Below the pieces are notes generated by a model. It did no database searches and was not told the origin of the DNA. It saw only the letters and a list, made by a program, of their open reading frames with translations. A program made the translations under genes and the position numbers. From Actinomycetota bacterium (GTDB taxonomy: Bacteria; Actinomycetota; UBA4738; CALAEC01), in assembly GCA_036001425.1 (NCBI GenBank), contig DASYUI010000038.1, positions 8,139 to 72,138 of the forward strand: a DNA stretch of 64,000 nucleotides. The letters run 5' to 3'. Below, one piece after another: positions 28,910 to 37,958 of the stretch (positions are counted from its first letter, which is position 1; every line of letters starts with the position of its first letter).

Positions 28910-29590
28910 ATGGGAACCGTAACGGCGAGGCCCGCCGGCGCCGCACGCGCCGGGTTCGTGACCATGGCCGGTGGCATCCTGATGACCCTGGGGACGCTCC
29001 TTCCCTTCCTGAGCGTCTCCGCAGCGGCCACCGGGCTCCCCGCGGAGAGCGTCAGCGGCCTGGACACCCCCGATGGGAAGCTGTTCCTGGGATTCGGCGC
29101 GGGCATCGCCGTCATCGGGTTGGTGATCCTGCTCTCCCGCGGGATGCTGCCCAGGGTCATGGGGATCCTTGCCGGGCTGGCGGGGGGATTCATGTTGGTG
29201 GCCGGGATCATCGATCTCACCGGCCTCGGAGAGGAGGGTCTCCGGTCCCTCGCCGAGGCCGCCGCCGAGGAGACCCCCGGGGTGACCGTCGACCAGATCC
29301 TCCAGATCCTTCGCCAGGTGGGGGTTTCCGTGAACGCCGGGATCGGCCTGTACGTGGTGCTGGTGGGCACCGTGATCTCCCTGATCGGAGGGGTGTGGGC
29401 GATCTTCACCCGCACCACCGCCCCGCCGCCGCCCGTTCCCGCTCCGCCCGGCCCGGGCACCGGGTGGACCGAGTCCGCGGGGGCCGCCCAGCCGGCCGAC
29501 GAGCCCGCCCCGCCTCCTCCTCCCGGGGTGCCGGGAGCCGCGCCTCCGCCGCCTCCGCCCGGCGAGCCGGAGCCGCCGCCTCGGGGCTGA
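28910..29590 (+). CDS. Hypothetical 4-TM membrane protein with proline-rich C-terminal tail (same architecture as the upstream gene)
   Basis: ATG 28910 preceded by GAGAGGGAGGG. Same TM layout as the upstream gene. Tail APPPPVPAPPGPG...PPPPPPGEPEPPP. Confidence 0.6.
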   Translation: MGTVTARPAGAARAGFVTMAGGILMTLGTLLPFLSVSAAATGLPAESVSGLDTPDGKLFLGFGAGIAVIGLVILLSRGMLPRVMGILAGLAGGFMLVAGIIDLTGLGEEGLRSLAEAAAEETPGVTVDQILQILRQVGVSVNAGIGLYVVLVGTVISLIGGVWAIFTRTTAPPPPVPAPPGPGTGWTESAGAAQPADEPAPPPPPGVPGAAPPPPPPGEPEPPPRG

Positions 29591-29596
29591 GACCGC

Positions 29597-30571
29597 TCAG
29601 CCGCCAGGCTCGACCGCGGGATACAGGTCGGAGGGCTCCCGGGCCCACGCGCGGATCGCGTTCCGCTCTAGCCTGCCCGTGAGCGCGAGCACGCCGGAGG
29701 TCCAGGCCTCACGTCCCCGGCCGTCGGTGGACGGCAGTACGGCGTTGACCACCGCCAGCGCGGCGCCTCCGGGGGTACCCAGCAGGGCCCGGGCCAGGAA
29801 TGGCCCCAGATCGTGCACCGAGCCCAGGCGAACGGCGACGTCCCGTTCGCCCGCCCGATCGCCCACGCCCCGCCGAGCTGCCAGGGCGGCCCGCGAGCGG
29901 CGAGCGTAGCGGATCGTCGCCTCGGCCGGAAAGGAGTGGGTGAGGGGAGCGGGGAGATCGGAGAGCCCTCCCCGGACGGCCTCGGCCAGCTCCTGCCGGG
30001 CGTCCTCAGGGGGACGGAGGATGGTTCGGGTCCGGGAAACCCCGGCTTTCACGGCCACCGTCCTGACCCCGGGAAGCAGGTCCCTGGCTTCTTCCCCGGC
30101 TCGCTGGTCCCCTGCGAGGACGGCCACGGGAACGTCCGCCGCGCCCAGGGCCAGGGCCCACAGCACCGCCTCGGGGAGAGCCCGCCCGTCCAGGAGCACG
30201 GCCATCCCCCGCCAGAAGGTGTGGGACAGGAATCCGCTGGCGTTTCCAGCGCTCGCGTGCATCCCGACGAGCACGGCTGCGTCGGGGCGGCCCATCCCCT
30301 GCGCCCCCACCAGGGGCCGTCCGGCGCTCCACAGCCGCCGGACGGGCACCTCGGGAAACGCGGCCCGGGGGATGTTCCGCCCGAGGTAGTGCCAGTCGGC
30401 CAGGAGGATCTCCTGGGCCCCGGCCTCCTGGGCCGCCTGGACCACGGCCCGGACGTCGGCAACCAGCAGTCGAACACCCCGCCGGTACTGGGCCGCCCAT
30501 GAAGGAAAGCACTGCTCGTACCGGTCGATCCCGGAGACGCCTTCCATGTCCGCGCACACCACCACTCGCAT
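29597..30571 (-). CDS. Peptidase M55 family (DppA-like D-aminopeptidase)
   Basis: N-terminus MRVVVCADMEGVSG is typical of DppA/M55. Length about 324 aa. Confidence 0.7.
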   Translation of the reverse strand: MRVVVCADMEGVSGIDRYEQCFPSWAAQYRRGVRLLVADVRAVVQAAQEAGAQEILLADWHYLGRNIPRAAFPEVPVRRLWSAGRPLVGAQGMGRPDAAVLVGMHASAGNASGFLSHTFWRGMAVLLDGRALPEAVLWALALGAADVPVAVLAGDQRAGEEARDLLPGVRTVAVKAGVSRTRTILRPPEDARQELAEAVRGGLSDLPAPLTHSFPAEATIRYARRSRAALAARRGVGDRAGERDVAVRLGSVHDLGPFLARALLGTPGGAALAVVNAVLPSTDGRGREAWTSGVLALTGRLERNAIRAWAREPSDLYPAVEPGG

Positions 30572-30637
30572 GCAGGATGGGTATCACACGGCGCGGGCTG
30601 GTGGAAGACGGAGGGCAAGATGAGCCCGTGATCCGCG

Positions 30638-30720
30638 TGCCGGGGGAGGGATTCGAACCCTCACGGGCCGAAGCCCAATGCCTTTTGAGGGCATCGTGTC
30701 TGCCGTTCCACCACCCCGGC
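30638..30720 (-). tRNA. tRNA-Leu (anticodon CAA), type II with long variable arm
   Basis: Manual cloverleaf: 7-bp acceptor GCCGGGG/CCCCGGC, 3-bp D stem, anticodon stem ATGCC/GGCAT with loop CTCAAAA, variable arm GGGC-TTCG-GCCC, T arm GAGGG-TTCGAAT-CCCTC, discriminator A. No encoded CCA. Confidence 0.93.
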
Positions 30721-30750
30721 ATGGGGCGCTGCCCGCGACTGGCCGAACCG

Positions 30751-30756
30751 AGTATA
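30751..30756 (-). promoter_or_regulatory. Candidate -10 element (TATACT) about 30 nt upstream of tRNA-Leu
   Basis: Revcomp of AGTATA at 30751-30756. No clear -35. Confidence 0.3.
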
Positions 30757-30990
30757 TGTGTCCGGACCTGCGGTGAGGGGAGGAAATGCGACCTTCCCGC
30801 AGACCGCCGTCCCGGACTCCTCCCCCGAGGGAGGCGCCTCACTCACATCGCGGTGGCGCTCCTTGCAACTTTGTGATACATGAAGCGCGCCCGGAGGCAG
30901 GTCGTAATGAAAGGAGGGGAGGCCCCTGAGCAATAGGCCCCTTCTGGTTTCGCAGGTTGTAGAGAGGGGACGACCCGGAAGGGAGGGTGA

Positions 30991-32298
30991 ATGAAGCATC
31001 GCAGTTGGCTGATACGCGTCGCGCTGATAGCGATACTGGCGCTCGTGGCGGCGGCCTGTCGGCAGGCGGCCGAGACGGGCGGCGAGGAAGTCCAGGACCC
31101 GCGCGGCGTGATCCAGATCGGGGCGGATGATCCCATCAAGATCGCAGCCGCCCAGGCGATCAGCGGTGATGTCGCCAGCCTGGGAACCGACCAGGTCCGG
31201 GCCATCGAGATCGCCATCGCCGACCATGGCCCGCTCCTCGGCCACGAGATCGAGCTCCAGGTCGAGGACGACCAGTGCGCCGCCGAAGGCGGTACCGCGG
31301 CCGGCCAGAAGCTCGCCGCCGACGAGACGGTCGTCGGGGTGATCGGCACCAGCTGTTCCGGCGCGGCCGTTCCCATGGCAGGGCTGCTGGACGACGCGGG
31401 GATCCCGCTGATCTCCGGGTCGAACACCTCGCCGTTCCTGACCCAGGCTCCGTTCGGGACGGAAGCGGAGGACCACCACCCGAACTACTTCCGCACCGCC
31501 CACAACGACTTGATCCAGGGAGCGGCGGCGGCCACGTTCGCCTTCGGAGAGTGCGGGGTGACCAAGGCGGCCTCGATCCACGACGGAGACCCGTACACGT
31601 CCGGTCTCGCCGGCGCGTTCAACGACTCGTTCGAGGGGCAGGGCGGGACGATGGTCATAAAGACGGCCGTCAGCCCGGATGACACGGACATGCGGCCGGT
31701 CCTCACCGAGGTGGCCGCGGCCGGAGCCGAGATCATCTTCTTCCCGATCTTCCAGCCCGCCGGCGACTTCATCGCCAAGCAGGCGCGGGAGATCGAAGGA
31801 CTGGAGAACACGGTCCTGATGGGCGCCGACGGCCTCCTGTCGGACACCTACGTGGTCATCCCGGAGACGAAGCAGGCCCCGGGCTGCCCGGGGATCGATG
31901 GAGCCCCGGACGGCATGTACCACTCCGGGCCGGCCACACCGACCGGGAGCGCATACGAGGAGTTCGTGGCGAAGTACGAGGACGCGAACGGTGAGAAGCC
32001 AATCCAGGCCTTCCACGCTCACTCGTACGACGCGGCGAACGTCCTCTTCGCGGCCATCGAGAAGGTGGCGGTGCAGGCGGATGACGGCAGCATCCAGATC
32101 GGGCGGCAGGCCCTGATCGACGCGATCGGAGAGACGGAGGGGTTCCAGGGACTGACCGGAACCATCACTTGCGACGAGTTCGGGGACTGCGCCGACCCGA
32201 AGATCGACATCCTCCAAAACACGAAGGACACCAAGGACATCACCGCCGTCAAGGCGAACATCCTCGCCACCTTCACGCCCGAGGACCTGGGGCTGTAA
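30991..32298 (+). CDS. livK: Branched-chain amino acid ABC transporter substrate-binding lipoprotein (type 1 PBP)
   Basis: Signal peptide ending LVAAAC. Leu/Ile/Val-binding-type fold hints. First gene before livH/M/G/F. RBS GGAAGGGAGGG. Confidence 0.85.
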   Translation: MKHRSWLIRVALIAILALVAAACRQAAETGGEEVQDPRGVIQIGADDPIKIAAAQAISGDVASLGTDQVRAIEIAIADHGPLLGHEIELQVEDDQCAAEGGTAAGQKLAADETVVGVIGTSCSGAAVPMAGLLDDAGIPLISGSNTSPFLTQAPFGTEAEDHHPNYFRTAHNDLIQGAAAATFAFGECGVTKAASIHDGDPYTSGLAGAFNDSFEGQGGTMVIKTAVSPDDTDMRPVLTEVAAAGAEIIFFPIFQPAGDFIAKQAREIEGLENTVLMGADGLLSDTYVVIPETKQAPGCPGIDGAPDGMYHSGPATPTGSAYEEFVAKYEDANGEKPIQAFHAHSYDAANVLFAAIEKVAVQADDGSIQIGRQALIDAIGETEGFQGLTGTITCDEFGDCADPKIDILQNTKDTKDITAVKANILATFTPEDLGL

Positions 32299-32331
32299 GG
32301 GCAAGGGATTAGAAGAGGAGCACGGCGAGGC

Positions 32332-32361
32332 GGGGTACCCGGCCGAGAGGCCGGGTACCCC
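32332..32361 (+). terminator. Perfect 13-bp intercistronic stem-loop (GGGGTACCCGGCC-GAGA-GGCCGGGTACCCC) after the binding-protein gene
   Basis: Read directly. Followed by CTT only. Candidate partial terminator or mRNA-stabilising hairpin. Confidence 0.5.
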
Positions 32362-32400
32362 CTTCGCGGCCGGCGAACGTGACGGTCGTCGGGGAGCGAC

Positions 32401-33480
32401 ATGGCTGAAGCGGTTCGATCCCGGAAGAGGCGGACGGTCCAGCTCCCCATCCTGGACAGCTTCCTGTGGCTGATCCGCATCGTCGCCATCCTCGCGGTGG
32501 TATGGGGGTCGTGGGTCAGCATCTCCAGTGGACGTCTGACCGGCCAGCAATGGCGCAACCTGATCGTGTTCGGCGTCTCCCAGGGATCGGTCTACGCCCT
32601 GATCGCCCTGGGGTACACCATGGTGTACGGCGTCCTCCGGTTCATCAACTTCGCCCACGGCGAGGTATTCATGCTCGGCGGGATGACTGCGTACTTCATC
32701 ACCGACGGGTTGGCTCGGACCGGCTTCTGGCTCAGCCAGCCATGGCTCTCCCTGTTGATCGCCCTGGTGGCCGGGATGACGGTCTCCACGCTCGTCGCCG
32801 TGGGATTGGAGCGGATCGCGTATCGACCGCTTCGAGGCAAACCCCGCCTCATCCCGTTCATCACCGCCATCGGGGCCTCCTTCTTCCTCCAGTACGCGAC
32901 GGGGGGCCTGTTCGGGGTGGACTTCAAGAGCCTCCCCAACGCCGAGGTGCTCGCCGGCTCGGTGCGCTTCGCCGGCATCCAGGTGGTCAAGCCGCAGCTG
33001 GTGGTCATCATCACCGCCGTCGTCATGATGATCGGCCTGTACTTCCTGGTGGAGAAGACGAAAGCGGGCCGGGCGATGCGGGCCGTGGCCGAGGACGCGG
33101 AGACGGCTGCCCTCATGGGCGTGAACGTCGACCGGACGATCTCCATGGTGTTCGGCGTGGGTGGGGCCATGGCCGGCGCCGCCGGGATGCTGTTCGCCCT
33201 GGTGTTCGGCCAGGTCGACTACTTCAGTGGATTCGTTCCCGGGATCAAGGCGTTCACCGCGGCCGTCCTGGGCGGTATCGGCAACATCCCCGGCGCTATG
33301 GTCGGGGGACTCACCCTGGGCCTGGTGGAGTCGCTCGGCCCAAGCCTGGTCCTCACGGGGCTCGGTGTCCGGGCGGCGCACCAGCTCAAGGACATGTTCG
33401 CGTTCCTGGTGCTCGTGATGGTGCTGATCTTCCGTCCCACCGGCATCCTGGGAGAGCGACTCGCCGAGGAGCGGGCGTAG
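32401..33480 (+). CDS. livH: Branched-chain amino acid ABC transporter permease LivH-type (N-terminally extended)
   Basis: Core motif SQGSVYALIALGYTMVYGVLRFINFAHGEVFMLGG. About 60 extra N-terminal residues with a TM. Confidence 0.88.
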   Translation: MAEAVRSRKRRTVQLPILDSFLWLIRIVAILAVVWGSWVSISSGRLTGQQWRNLIVFGVSQGSVYALIALGYTMVYGVLRFINFAHGEVFMLGGMTAYFITDGLARTGFWLSQPWLSLLIALVAGMTVSTLVAVGLERIAYRPLRGKPRLIPFITAIGASFFLQYATGGLFGVDFKSLPNAEVLAGSVRFAGIQVVKPQLVVIITAVVMMIGLYFLVEKTKAGRAMRAVAEDAETAALMGVNVDRTISMVFGVGGAMAGAAGMLFALVFGQVDYFSGFVPGIKAFTAAVLGGIGNIPGAMVGGLTLGLVESLGPSLVLTGLGVRAAHQLKDMFAFLVLVMVLIFRPTGILGERLAEERA

Positions 33481-35268
33481 ATGGCGAAGACGGCGAAGCC
33501 CGCCGCGGGACAGGCGCCTCCGGAACATCGGGAGCTGCTTCCTGCCCGACAGGTGGACCTCCGGAAGGCGGTGAGGATCGGCCTGGCTTCCGGGGCGGCC
33601 GCGGTCTTCATCGCGGCGGACGGAATCCTGCTGAAGTTCGCCGAGACCAACGTCGTCGACGGCGTCGGGCTCGGCTACCTGATCCTGGTGGCCGTTCCCC
33701 TGGTGCTCGGGTACGTCGCTGCAAAGCCGCCGCCTCGGATCGAGGGCTTCCAGGAAGCCCGGGCCGGGATCCGTAACCTCGCCGCGGGTGGGATCACCGG
33801 GGCCCTGACCGGCCTCACGCTGGGCCTGTTCCTGTTCGTCGCCGGCAGCATCAACATCCGTCCCGTTTTCACCAACGTGAGCCCGGAGCTCGTCGAGCGG
33901 CTCACCGTCGGGGGATCCGTTCCCATAGCCGTCCTCCTGATGCTCCTCGGCGGGGCCGCGGTAGGGATCCTGGGGGGAGCGCTGCACCTCATCCCCAACG
34001 TGTGGCGCCGCCCGCTGTTCGGAGCGGTCCTGTGGGTGCTCGCCTTCGGGCTCCTCGAGGACGTAGCCGAGACGATCTTCGAGAACACGGGGGCGGTGTA
34101 CGTCGATGATTTCCTGTACCAGCGCGGGGGTGGTCTCTCGGCGGTCGGAGGCGCCATCGTCTTTGCGGTCTTCTTCGCCCTCTATGTGGCGCTCCGGCGC
34201 CGGCCGCTGTCGGTATCCGCCTTCGTGGATGGACTCCCGGAGAATCGACGGCGTCCGGCTCGGCTGGCCATCGGCGCGCTCGTCGTGCTGCTCCTCCTGA
34301 TCCTGCCTCCCGTCTTCGAACGGAACTACACGCACATCCTCAACGTCGCCGGGATCTTCCTCCTGATGGCGCTGGGATTGAACATCGTGGTGGGCCTGGC
34401 GGGCCTGCTCGACCTGGGGTACGTCGCCTTCTTCGCTGTGGGCGCGTACACGACCGCTGTCTTCACGTCGCCGGGCTCCCCCGCGTTCGCTCCCGAGCTC
34501 ACATTCTGGGCCGCGCTTCCTGCAGTGGTGCTCGCGGCGGCGGTGGCCGGGATCCTCGTGGGAGTCCCGGTCCTGCGGATGCGAGGCGACTACCTCGCCA
34601 TCGTCACACTCGGCTTCGGAGAGATCACCCGGTTGATCGTGGGCTCCGACTGGGCGGCCCCCGTCTTCGGGGCGGCGCGAGGAGTCCGCGGGATCCCCAA
34701 CATCACATTTCTGGGCATCGAGCTCGACCGGCCCCAAGAGCTCTACTACGTGATCCTGGCCTTCCTGGTGCTGGTCGTCTACATCTCGTACGCCCTCCAG
34801 GACTCGCGGATGGGGAGGGCTTGGATGGCCATCCGGGAGGACGAGACCGTGGCGGAGGCCATGGGGATCAACGTGGTGGCCGCCAAGCTCTGGGCGTTCA
34901 TCATCGGGGCCGTCCTGGCCAGCTTCGGAGGAGCCCTCTACGCGACACAGATCGGCTCCGTGTTCCCAAACACCTTCAAGCTCATCGTGTCGATCACCGT
35001 CCTGGTGGTGATCATCACCGGCGGCCTTGCCAGCGTCCCCGGGGTGATCCTGGGCTCTCTGGTGTTGGTGGGACTCCCGGAGATCCTCCGTCAGTTCGAG
35101 GAATACCGATTCCTGATCTACGGCGCCTTGCTCATCTTCATGATGCTCAAGCGTCCCGAGGGCTTCATCCCCAGCCGGCGGCGGATGCAGGAGCTGCACG
35201 AGGAGGAAGTGGGCCAGGACGCGTGGCTCCGGACTCAGCAGGAACGGCATAGCGCTGAGGCCGGCTGA
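33481..35268 (+). CDS. livM: Branched-chain amino acid ABC transporter permease LivM-type with a long N-terminal membrane extension
   Basis: C-terminal half carries the LivM core (NVAGIFLLMALGLNIVVGLAGLLDLGYVAFFAVGAYT). The first ~255 aa are additional TM helices. Confidence 0.85.
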   Translation: MAKTAKPAAGQAPPEHRELLPARQVDLRKAVRIGLASGAAAVFIAADGILLKFAETNVVDGVGLGYLILVAVPLVLGYVAAKPPPRIEGFQEARAGIRNLAAGGITGALTGLTLGLFLFVAGSINIRPVFTNVSPELVERLTVGGSVPIAVLLMLLGGAAVGILGGALHLIPNVWRRPLFGAVLWVLAFGLLEDVAETIFENTGAVYVDDFLYQRGGGLSAVGGAIVFAVFFALYVALRRRPLSVSAFVDGLPENRRRPARLAIGALVVLLLLILPPVFERNYTHILNVAGIFLLMALGLNIVVGLAGLLDLGYVAFFAVGAYTTAVFTSPGSPAFAPELTFWAALPAVVLAAAVAGILVGVPVLRMRGDYLAIVTLGFGEITRLIVGSDWAAPVFGAARGVRGIPNITFLGIELDRPQELYYVILAFLVLVVYISYALQDSRMGRAWMAIREDETVAEAMGINVVAAKLWAFIIGAVLASFGGALYATQIGSVFPNTFKLIVSITVLVVIITGGLASVPGVILGSLVLVGLPEILRQFEEYRFLIYGALLIFMMLKRPEGFIPSRRRMQELHEEEVGQDAWLRTQQERHSAEAG

Positions 35269-36047
35269 TGGCGCTGCTGGAGATCAACGGCCTGTCCAGG
35301 TCCTTCGGCGGCGTCAAGGCCATCGACGAGCTCGACATGCACGTCGAGTCGGGCGAGATCGTCAGCGTCATCGGTCCCAACGGGGCCGGGAAGACGACGC
35401 TCTTCAACCTCATCACCGGCCTCCTCCCGACCGACAGCGGCGAGATCGTCCTGGACGAACGGAACATCGTTGGTCTTCGCCCCAGCCAGATCCTCGAGCT
35501 GGGGATCGCCAGGACCTTCCAGAACGTCCGGCTGTTCCCGGAGATGACGGTCCGCGAGAACGTCATGGTGGCCCAGCACTGCCGCACGAGGGCCGGCGTC
35601 ATCCCGGCCATCCTTCGACTCAACCGGCGGGAGGAGGAGCAGATCCGCAAGAAGGCCGAGGAGACCCTGGCCTTCTTCGGATCCCGGCTGGTCGGCTACC
35701 GGTTCGACCAGACGGCCGTCTCGCTCTCGTACGCGAACCGGCGGCGGCTGGAGATCGCCCGGGCCATGGCTTCGGACCCCCGGATCGTCCTCCTGGACGA
35801 GCCCACGGCCGGGATGAACCCCCGGGAGACGCAGGAGATGACCGAGCTGATCGGGCGCCTTCGGGAGGAACGCACGTACACGATCATCGTCATCGAGCAC
35901 GACATGCGGGTGGTCAAGGGGGTCTCCGATCGCGTGGTGGCCCTGGACTACGGCAAGAAGATCGCCGACGGCACCTATGAGGAGGTGGCCCATAACGACC
36001 GGGTCATCGAGGCGTATCTCGGCCGCAAGGCGGTGGCCGAGGCATGA
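35268..36047 (+). CDS. livG: Branched-chain amino acid ABC transporter ATP-binding protein LivG-type
   Basis: Walker A GPNGAGKTT, signature region and Walker B LLDEP. 1-nt overlap with livM. Confidence 0.9.
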   Translation: MALLEINGLSRSFGGVKAIDELDMHVESGEIVSVIGPNGAGKTTLFNLITGLLPTDSGEIVLDERNIVGLRPSQILELGIARTFQNVRLFPEMTVRENVMVAQHCRTRAGVIPAILRLNRREEEQIRKKAEETLAFFGSRLVGYRFDQTAVSLSYANRRRLEIARAMASDPRIVLLDEPTAGMNPRETQEMTELIGRLREERTYTIIVIEHDMRVVKGVSDRVVALDYGKKIADGTYEEVAHNDRVIEAYLGRKAVAEA

Positions 36048-36784
36048 CCACGGAGGACGGCGACACTCGCAAACCCATCCTCCGCCTCCGCGACGTCAGC
36101 ACCCACTACGGCCTCATCCAGGTGCTGAGGAACGTGAGCGTCGACATCTACGAGGGCGAGATCGTCTGCCTGCTTGGGGGAAACGCCAGCGGCAAGACCA
36201 CGACGCTCAAGACCATCCTCGGATACGTGATCCCCACTGAGGGCGACGTTCTCCTGAACGGCGAGCGGATCAACGGCATCCCGACGCAGGGGCTCGTCGA
36301 GAAGGGGATCTCGATGGTTCCGGAGAACCGCCGGTTGTTCAAGCGGATGACCGTCCGGGAGAACCTCGACATGGGGACGTACCTGAGGAGGGACCGGGGA
36401 GAGATCCAGGAGGATCTCGACCGCGTGTTCGGCTTGTTCCCGAGGTTGAGAGAGCGGCTGACACAGCGATCGGGGACGCTCTCCGGGGGGGAACAGCAGA
36501 TGGTGGCGATGGCCCGAGCGCTCATGGCCCGCCCCACCGTGCTGCTCATGGACGAGCCGTCCATGGGGCTCGCCCCCGTGCTCGTGGAGCAGAACTTCGA
36601 CATCATCAAGCAGATCAACGAGCAGGGGACCACCATCTTCGTGGTCGAGCAGAACGCCAACATGGCCCTGTCCATCGCGGACCGGGGCTACGTCCTGCAG
36701 ACGGGCCAGATCGTGCTCTCCGACAGCGCCCAGGGACTGCTCAACAACCCGCAGATGCGCGAGGCCTACCTCGGCGAGCTCTGA
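36044..36784 (+). CDS. livF: Branched-chain amino acid ABC transporter ATP-binding protein LivF-type
   Basis: Walker A GGNASGKTT, LSGGEQQM, Walker B LLMDEPS. 4-nt overlap with livG. Confidence 0.9.
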   Translation: MTTEDGDTRKPILRLRDVSTHYGLIQVLRNVSVDIYEGEIVCLLGGNASGKTTTLKTILGYVIPTEGDVLLNGERINGIPTQGLVEKGISMVPENRRLFKRMTVRENLDMGTYLRRDRGEIQEDLDRVFGLFPRLRERLTQRSGTLSGGEQQMVAMARALMARPTVLLMDEPSMGLAPVLVEQNFDIIKQINEQGTTIFVVEQNANMALSIADRGYVLQTGQIVLSDSAQGLLNNPQMREAYLGEL

Positions 36785-36820
36785 GCCTGGGGTGGGCGGA
36801 GAACGGAGGCCGGCTCGCTC

Positions 36821-37882
36821 ATGAAAGCCACGGACGTGGACGTCGTCGTGGTGGGCGCGGGAATCATGGGATCGGCCACGGCCCGGGCCCTGGCGCGTGC
36901 GGGCCGGGAGGTGGTCCTCGTGGAGCGCTACCAGGTGGGGCATACCCGGGGCTCGAGCCACGGGCGGGCGCGGGTCTTCCGGTTCTCCTATGACGACCCA
37001 CGGTACGTGCGGATGGCCCAGGAGTCCCTTTCGCTGTGGCGTGAGCTGGAGGACGAGACAGGCGAGGACATCCTGACCACGACCGGCGGCCTGGACCTGG
37101 GAAAGGGCGAGGAGGACCGGGTCTCCGCGCTTGAGTCCTGCGGGGCGGACTTCGAGCTCCTCGACGCCGGGGAGTGCCGCCGCCGCTTCCCAGACGTGGC
37201 CGTCCCCGAGGGTGGGCGAGCGCTGTTTCAGGGTGATGCCGGGGTGGTGGCCGCGGACCGTGCGTGGCAAGCCTTCGTCCGGTCGGCCCGCGAGGCCGGG
37301 GCCGAGCTCCGTGAGGACACCCATGTGGAGCGCCTGATCATGGAAGACGACCGGGTAGAGGTCCGCGCCGGGGAGGAACGGTGGCGAGCCAGGGTGGCGG
37401 TGATCACGGCCGGCGCGTGGACCAGGCGCCTGCTCTGGGGGGTGGGCGAGGACATCCCGACCACCCCGACCCGGGAGACCGTGTCCTTCTTCGGGATCCC
37501 CCCAGCCGTCGTTCCCCCGGTGGTCGTGGAGTGGACGACTCCCCCGCGCTACTCGCTCTTCTCCTTCGACCAGGGCCTCAAGGCCGCGGAGCACCACGCG
37601 GGGCCGGTCACCGACCCGGATCAGGAGGGGGAGATCAGCGCGGACTCGTTGGCTCAGCTGCGGGACTGGGTGCGGGCCCGATTCCCTGGGGCGGAGGGCG
37701 AGCCGCACCACGCGGAAACGTGCATCTACACGAACGCTCCCGACGAGGACTTCGTTCTGGAGCGTCGGGGGCCGGTGGTGATCGGGTCGGCGTGCAGCGG
37801 CCACGGGTTCAAGTTCGCGCCCTGGGTGGGCCGCCGGCTGGCGGAGCTCGCCCAGGAGGCGACAGAACGAGGCTCCGGTTGA
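36821..37882 (+). CDS. solA: Monomeric sarcosine oxidase / N-methyl-L-tryptophan oxidase family FAD enzyme
   Basis: GxGxxG (VVVVGAGIMGSA) and a C-terminal ACSGHGFKFAP motif matching the covalent-flavin Cys context of MSOX/MTOX. Confidence 0.78.
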   Translation: MKATDVDVVVVGAGIMGSATARALARAGREVVLVERYQVGHTRGSSHGRARVFRFSYDDPRYVRMAQESLSLWRELEDETGEDILTTTGGLDLGKGEEDRVSALESCGADFELLDAGECRRRFPDVAVPEGGRALFQGDAGVVAADRAWQAFVRSAREAGAELREDTHVERLIMEDDRVEVRAGEERWRARVAVITAGAWTRRLLWGVGEDIPTTPTRETVSFFGIPPAVVPPVVVEWTTPPRYSLFSFDQGLKAAEHHAGPVTDPDQEGEISADSLAQLRDWVRARFPGAEGEPHHAETCIYTNAPDEDFVLERRGPVVIGSACSGHGFKFAPWVGRRLAELAQEATERGSG

Positions 37883-37958
37883 GTTGGGCGGCCACGGCAA
37901 ACTAGCATTGGCGCCAACTCACGCGGTCGAGAGGGCCACGAGGGAAGGAGGGGGGATC

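Noticed and set aside
29400-29590. Repetitive CCGCC/CCGCCG-rich DNA that might look like a repeat array
   Set aside because: It is the proline-rich coding tail of the membrane protein (PPPPVPAPPGPG...PPPPPPGEPEPPP). There is no spacer-repeat periodicity.
30638-30720. tRNA-Leu as an integration site for a genomic island
   Set aside because: No integrase, recombinase or phage-like gene lies on either side. I saw no direct repeat of the tRNA 3' end. The flanking genes are ordinary metabolic and transport genes.
30880-30936. 18-codon uORF (MKRARRQVVMKGGEAPEQ) upstream of livK as an attenuation leader peptide
   Set aside because: It has no run of Leu/Ile/Val codons and no obvious alternative terminator/antiterminator pairing. 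I also found no T-box motif in this spacer.
30661-35250. 1529-aa minus-strand ORF, the longest in the track
   Set aside because: It runs antisense through tRNA-Leu, two intergenic regions and livK/livH/livM, all of which have clear family motifs on the plus strand. Its translation is low-complexity D/E/H/G/R/P-rich. This is the typical stop-free antisense frame of GC3-rich genes.
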